Source of the DNA: a virus
Direction: 5' to 3' (one strand)
Length of the DNA: 64,000 nt
Virus record (IMG/VR): IMGVR_UViG_3300050190_000059
Span: 1 to 64,000 of that record
Each line of letters begins with the position of its first letter. Position 1 is the first letter of the stretch. The notes below the pieces were generated by a model. The model ran no database searches. It worked only from the letters and a program-made list of their open reading frames with translations, and was not told the origin of the DNA. This document shows, one piece after another, positions 59,363 to 64,000 of the stretch. The position numbers and the translations under genes were made by a program.

Positions 59363-61774
59363 TTACTGACCCGGCATTGGTGCTAAAGGCTTGTTGTTTA
59401 TGTCCATGTAGTACCACTTCTTGTCTGAGCCTTGCTTGAACCCGGTCGTCCCCTTCGGACGATTGTGTTCATTGTCTTGAACGCCGGGTGGTAGATCGCT
59501 CTTCGGGGCCGCTTGAACCGTCTTGCTGCCAACCTTCTGTGTCGGTGGATTAATCGGGTCGCTGAACGAAGTGAGTTCGTTCGGCTTTTTAATCGCGTCA
59601 ACGTCCACGCCAAACTGACGGAGTATGCGCTCGCTGTCTGGTTGCAGCAGACCCGGAATGGACGCGTCCTTGCCGCCCATGATTTTGTTGTAACGTCCGT
59701 TCATACCCTTACCACGGGCAGCAACTAGCTCAGCCATCGAACGGAAAGTATTTTGCAGTTCGGCTGGTGTTCTGTCTCTGTTTACCGTAGCGGCTATGCG
59801 CTCTTCTTCATCACTCGGAGGAACGAACCCATTATTGATAAAGTTCAAGAACTCACCCTTAACAGTCTCGGCCTTAATCATGAAAGCCTGCGCTTCCGGG
59901 AAACCTTCCATCCCGGCCTTTAGTTTGTTCAAAGGCATATTTACAGCCGGAGAACCCGTGTTACGAAGGTCTCCGATTGCACGGTTGGCCGCCCCGGTGT
60001 GGAACGCGAAGCGGTTCAAGCTGTCAACTTGGCCGCCCATGCTCTTCGGTGTATCCTTCGCTAAATCCATATTCATGTTGTAGCGTTGCTTGTATTCTGC
60101 CTCGCTCCAGTGAATGCCTTGCTTGTCTGCCTCTCTGAACATCTCGGCGTCAAATCTGGCGCGAGTGTTCTTACGCATCGTGAACAACTGATTCGGGTCA
60201 ACGTCATAAGCAAAAGCGTGCTTGATAAGGACGGGAACGTCGTCTTCATCGATAGCGTTGCTTGCTTCTTGTTTATTCTTTTCCGTCGTTGTCTTGAAAT
60301 CTTGGCTAGCCTTTGCAGCAGCGGTGGTCTGAGTGATGATACCCTTCATCTCCGCTTTCTGTTTATCTGTATACTCTGCCTTCGGGTCATCCAATCTTGC
60401 CTGAACCGATGCTGCCATTCCCGCAGCGTCCTCGCCGTGCGCGCCGTCCGCTTTCTTCTGCAAATCTGCAATCATTGTACCAAAGTCGTCGCTCTTTTTG
60501 GTATACTCGTTAACTTGCTTCTCGGTGAACGCGTCTGCCGCGAATTGCTTCAACTTCTCATGCTCTTCCTGCACGTCCGCAAGCTGGCTCTTTGCCCAAT
60601 CGTACGCAGGCTGGTTTTTCTGCGCTTGTGCATCGGCCATCTGTTTTTGGTATTCGGCGACATGCTGGTTACCGTTCGCAATCTGTTCTTGGACCCCGCC
60701 GTACGGGTCCCCCGGTTTGTGCGAGATGGCGGCCTGAATCGTCGGGTCCGTCAAGGCTGGTCTCAGCGTTTTAATTTCATCGGCTGACAACGGCTTCTCC
60801 CTACCGTTATTCAAGTGGTTGACGGCCATTCTGTCCGCCTGCATGGTCGTGTCCATCGCGACGAACTGTCCCGTGGTCAACTTCGTGCCCACAGGCATTT
60901 TGGTGCCGTAGAAATTCTCCATGTGGGCAGACATAGCTGCGTCAACCGCGTGGTCATCTGGCGCACCGTCTTTGGTCGCCTTATCAATGATGGTGTAGCG
61001 AGGAGTTGTGACCGGGTTTCCGTACTTGTCCTTCTGCGGCTTACCGTTTGCATCCGACATTGGGTCACTGGCAATCTCGCGAACGTAGTGCTCTTGCGCA
61101 AATTTCGGGTCCTTCATCTTCTTTTGCACTTCGTCAAAACTAGCTTCGACATTGTTGTGGTTCAAATCCATGATATCGTTGAAGTGCTGGTTACCCTTGT
61201 GGAACTCTTCGGCATCTGCTTGACTTTGACGGAACGCGTTACGGTGCAGCGCGATGGTCTCGGCCTGAGTCTTCGCCATCAAGACGTCGTCTTTCTTCGC
61301 TTGCGCGAGACGCTGATTGCGCGCGTTCAAAGTGTTTGCAACTCCACTCAACCATCCGCCCTTGGTATCCCCCGCGTGTGCGGCATCGCCAAATCCGGCT
61401 GCAACTTCACCGACCGCACTCGACAACTTACCGCCGAAGGAACCGGGACGCGGCTGGTCGCCGCCCGCTGGTGCTGGCGCTGGCGCATCAGGGTCTACCG
61501 CTGGCTTCGTTGTGTCCACAGGGGCCGCGTCCTTCGCAGCCTTCGCGTCCCGAATGGCTTTGGTCTGTTGACCTAAGGGTGAATTCGCCTGCACCTCTGT
61601 GATGTGCTGCAAATAGCCCGCTACGATACCGTCTAAACCCGAACCAGCGAGGATGCCGCCGCCCACAGCGGCTGGTGAGGCCGGAGGCGCGGTCCCTTGG
61701 GTATCCGCAGCTTGAGTCGGGGCCTGCTGTACGCCAGCGAGTGCGCTCGGAATCTGGTTGTCGTTTTCAGTCAT
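59363..61774 (-). CDS. large virion protein (803 aa; internal core-like by position)
   Basis: Long ORF with the gp15-like position of podovirus gene order. No diagnostic motif. Confidence 0.7.
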   Translation of the reverse strand: MTENDNQIPSALAGVQQAPTQAADTQGTAPPASPAAVGGGILAGSGLDGIVAGYLQHITEVQANSPLGQQTKAIRDAKAAKDAAPVDTTKPAVDPDAPAPAPAGGDQPRPGSFGGKLSSAVGEVAAGFGDAAHAGDTKGGWLSGVANTLNARNQRLAQAKKDDVLMAKTQAETIALHRNAFRQSQADAEEFHKGNQHFNDIMDLNHNNVEASFDEVQKKMKDPKFAQEHYVREIASDPMSDANGKPQKDKYGNPVTTPRYTIIDKATKDGAPDDHAVDAAMSAHMENFYGTKMPVGTKLTTGQFVAMDTTMQADRMAVNHLNNGREKPLSADEIKTLRPALTDPTIQAAISHKPGDPYGGVQEQIANGNQHVAEYQKQMADAQAQKNQPAYDWAKSQLADVQEEHEKLKQFAADAFTEKQVNEYTKKSDDFGTMIADLQKKADGAHGEDAAGMAASVQARLDDPKAEYTDKQKAEMKGIITQTTAAAKASQDFKTTTEKNKQEASNAIDEDDVPVLIKHAFAYDVDPNQLFTMRKNTRARFDAEMFREADKQGIHWSEAEYKQRYNMNMDLAKDTPKSMGGQVDSLNRFAFHTGAANRAIGDLRNTGSPAVNMPLNKLKAGMEGFPEAQAFMIKAETVKGEFLNFINNGFVPPSDEEERIAATVNRDRTPAELQNTFRSMAELVAARGKGMNGRYNKIMGGKDASIPGLLQPDSERILRQFGVDVDAIKKPNELTSFSDPINPPTQKVGSKTVQAAPKSDLPPGVQDNEHNRPKGTTGFKQGSDKKWYYMDINNKPLAPMPGQ

Positions 61775-61786
61775 TTTATTAGTCCT

Positions 61787-62404
61787 TTATTTATGCGCCC
61801 CGTATATGCTTGCAGCAGAACCCGCGAGCGCGGTAATGCCGCCTGCGATGTCTTGACCCATCTGGTTGTTTTCCTGCGTGATCTGAGATGCTTGACCGAA
61901 GGCGTTTTGGTTCTCGCCGATTGCACCACTCTGCGCACCGTTTGGGTTGTAGTCTTGAGCCAACGCCTGCATGCCGCCCAACGCGGTATTGTAGTTTCGG
62001 TTGCCTTGCTCTTCGTCCGCGAGAGCGATGTTGCCCTCTTGACCCGCCAGCGCGTTCGCCGCGCCAGAGCCGATCTGGGACTGAATCTGTTTTGTGATGC
62101 CAGTCGTCAGGCCGCTGCCCGCTCCGCCGCCCTGTCCCGCGCCGTACGTACGGGCCGCCTGTTGCGCTGCCGTGTTAGCCCCGCCAGCGGCATTGATCGC
62201 CTTAGTTTCCAAGGCCGATCTCTCCGCACCACTAAAACCGTTCTGGCTCGGTCCCGCAGCGAGAGTCGGAGACAGCGTTTTGTTGAGCACGTCCAGCACG
62301 CCTCCTTGTCCAGCGAACAGTTTGGCGTAATTCCCTTGCAGTTGATTTGCAAACGCTTGGCTCGATGCTTGGAGCGACTTTTCGTCTGATGATGGTCCGC
62401 ACAT
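61787..62404 (-). CDS. G/A/Q/N-rich small virion protein (internal virion protein-like)
   Basis: 205-aa ORF with a low-complexity G/A/Q composition. TAATG coupling. Confidence 0.6.
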   Translation of the reverse strand: MCGPSSDEKSLQASSQAFANQLQGNYAKLFAGQGGVLDVLNKTLSPTLAAGPSQNGFSGAERSALETKAINAAGGANTAAQQAARTYGAGQGGGAGSGLTTGITKQIQSQIGSGAANALAGQEGNIALADEEQGNRNYNTALGGMQALAQDYNPNGAQSGAIGENQNAFGQASQITQENNQMGQDIAGGITALAGSAASIYGAHK

Positions 62405-62832
62405 TATTTTTGTACCTCAAAATCCAGTTGGTAATCGTCGTCTTCCACTGGTTTAAAACCTAAACGTTTACACATGAACGCCACTAAAGTCGGGCTGACT
62501 GAGTTGAATATCATGCCCTTCTTACTTGGTGGTAATTTGAAAATTTCAATCAGCTTCTCCATGCACGCCAGCATCCCAACAACCAGTCTGCGCTTGGAGA
62601 CTACTGTATCTGGCGCGAACTGGGTGTGGATGCGGACATACTCGCCTTCGTTATCCAGTCGAACGTAGGTCAGGGGTCCACGTTCATCCATCAAACAGAA
62701 GGCGAGTAAACTGTTTTCCGCCCCGGTCAACCACCACTCGGGCTGTCCGAGGTGGAAGTGATAAGGGTCGTACTGAATCCACTCAGTGAGTTGTTCCAAG
62801 TCATCATTGGTGGACGGAGAGAAATTAATCAT
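62404..62832 (-). CDS. hypothetical protein (possible GNAT-like fold, weak)
   Basis: TAATG-coupled internal ATG of ORF 62404..62931. 142 aa. Confidence 0.55.
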   Translation of the reverse strand: MINFSPSTNDDLEQLTEWIQYDPYHFHLGQPEWWLTGAENSLLAFCLMDERGPLTYVRLDNEGEYVRIHTQFAPDTVVSKRRLVVGMLACMEKLIEIFKLPPSKKGMIFNSVSPTLVAFMCKRLGFKPVEDDDYQLDFEVQK

Positions 62833-64000
62833 TACATTGCCTCTAGCTTCAAGTGCACTTCGTATTGCATCGCCGTCCCCGTCGAGGCATAAGCAACAGC
62901 GTACTGAATTGGACCGCCTGCTGCCACCCACACAATCATGCTGCCAGTGAGTACGGAAACCGTTGTGTTTATAGAGTTCAACGTGACTGCCGCACCTGTC
63001 TCATCGGCCATCAGCATGACGTTGCTCTGGGCGACTGAGTCGGTTCCGTCTGTATACGTTATCGTCAGTGGTCCCAGCGTAGAAGTGGTGCCCGCTGTCG
63101 TTACCTTCAAATAAGCAGAAATACGATACATCCTAGTCAAAGGTGGATTAATGAGAGATGTAGGCCCTAGTGCGGTGGTCTGCGCAGTCAGATCGACGGT
63201 AGCTTTCTCAAGAGCAACTCCGGCACCAGCTAAGTCCGCAGCCGAGATCGTGCCAACCGTAAACGCACCACCGACGGTGGTCTGCTTTACGAAATCCCCA
63301 GTTCCGCCCGTCGCACCGAGGTTCGCCCCGGTTCCGCCAGAGAACGTCGATAGAACTCCCTGACTGTTACTAAGATTTATAGGCGCGGGAGTGCGAAATC
63401 TTGGGATGCCAGCGACCAAAGTTGTAGTTGAAATTTCCAACACTTCAACATTCGCGAGAACCGACGCTAGACCATAAATTCCGCCGTCTTGAAGGTAGAC
63501 CTGAATTGTGAGGGTCTCCGCTCCCGCTAGCGTGTTTGGCAACAACCAAACAGTGCTTTGAGCGTTCGACAAAAACGATTGTTCGAATCCGGTGTACGAG
63601 TCCGCGATGAAAATCGGAGTAAGACCCTGAGTGTCTGATATGCTATACCCGGTTTTGGCGATGCCGTTAGGATTGGAAGCAGTTACAACCGCGCGAAAAA
63701 TTAACAGCAACGCGTGTCCGGCCCCGGTAGGAGCCAGCGTCACAGTAATCTGTGATGTACCGCCGTTACTTCCGCTAGCACTTTGATAAACCGTCGGAAG
63801 TGGTCCCGCAAAGATAGCGATGTTGGTTGCCCAGCTTGCGTTGTTTGCTGTGACAGCACCCTCGGTTGCGACGGCACCAACCCCGGCGACCATCGCCTGT
63901 TCCATGATCGGATTAGTTGTGGTATGTCCCGGTAGCGCAGTCCAGCCTACGGGGTCCGATGCGAAAGACCCAGCAGTTATGGTGCCGACGTACAATGCCC
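62832..64000 (-). CDS. structural (fibre/tail-like) protein, probably 5'-truncated by the window edge
   Basis: The frame is open to position 64000. The track start at 63995 is a TTG. T/S/G/A-rich beta-type composition. Confidence 0.6.
   Translation of the reverse strand, partial: ALYVGTITAGSFASDPVGWTALPGHTTTNPIMEQAMVAGVGAVATEGAVTANNASWATNIAIFAGPLPTVYQSASGSNGGTSQITVTLAPTGAGHALLLIFRAVVTASNPNGIAKTGYSISDTQGLTPIFIADSYTGFEQSFLSNAQSTVWLLPNTLAGAETLTIQVYLQDGGIYGLASVLANVEVLEISTTTLVAGIPRFRTPAPINLSNSQGVLSTFSGGTGANLGATGGTGDFVKQTTVGGAFTVGTISAADLAGAGVALEKATVDLTAQTTALGPTSLINPPLTRMYRISAYLKVTTAGTTSTLGPLTITYTDGTDSVAQSNVMLMADETGAAVTLNSINTTVSVLTGSMIVWVAAGGPIQYAVAYASTGTAMQYEVHLKLEAM

Noticed and set aside
54446-62420. 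Numerous + strand ORFs of 60-253 aa (e.g. 56049..56618, 60086..60787, 60815..61576, 61697..62389)
   Set aside because: All are antisense to the long, tightly packed minus-strand structural genes. They have low-complexity R/S/L/C-rich translations and no RBS or promoter.

Overview
The window reads as about 64 kb of a tailed dsDNA phage or prophage. No rRNA, tRNA or CRISPR array was seen. All domain calls come from motifs read by eye in the ORF translations; no database search was run.

Layout:
- 1-48.5 kb (+ strand): tightly packed, translationally coupled genes (many ATGA/TAATG start-stop overlaps) for early, DNA-metabolism and accessory functions.
- 48.5-64 kb (- strand): a small accessory operon followed by a virion module of tail fibres, a giant 1857-aa protein and internal-virion-like proteins.

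Recognisable functions:
- Replication: prim-pol/helicase, DEDDh exonuclease, and a family A DNA polymerase split into two ORFs by a free-standing HNH gene.
- Recombination and repair: UvrD-like helicase, AAA+ ATPase, PD-(D/E)XK nuclease, a possible annealing protein and an RtcB RNA ligase.
- Nucleotide metabolism: dNMP kinase and an HD 5'-nucleotidase.
- Other: a ParB-like protein fused to a long charged helix and a C-terminal J-domain, a GH108 endolysin, a vWA protein paired with a SprT-like lipoprotein, and a tyrosine integrase.
- At least 11 homing-endonuclease-like genes (HNH, Endo VII, GIY-YIG).

Most unusual content:
- A 7-kb glycosylation island at 30.3-37.4 kb. Three consecutive genes look like GT31, GT6 (ABO-type) and GT11 (alpha-1,2-fucosyltransferase), which together form the enzyme logic of histo-blood-group ABH antigen synthesis. 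A TagD-like cytidylyltransferase, GT2s, a DHH phosphoesterase and metallophosphoesterases sit alongside.
- A 33-bp iteron array at the window start.
- A family of about 14 extended -10 promoters with GTACY upstream elements. Five, possibly six, place the start codon 6-7 nt after the -10, which implies leaderless mRNAs.
- A roughly 145-nt structured RNA leader at 6.45-6.6 kb.

The host is unknown. GGAGG-type ribosome-binding sites and a GH108 lysin weakly suggest a diderm bacterium.
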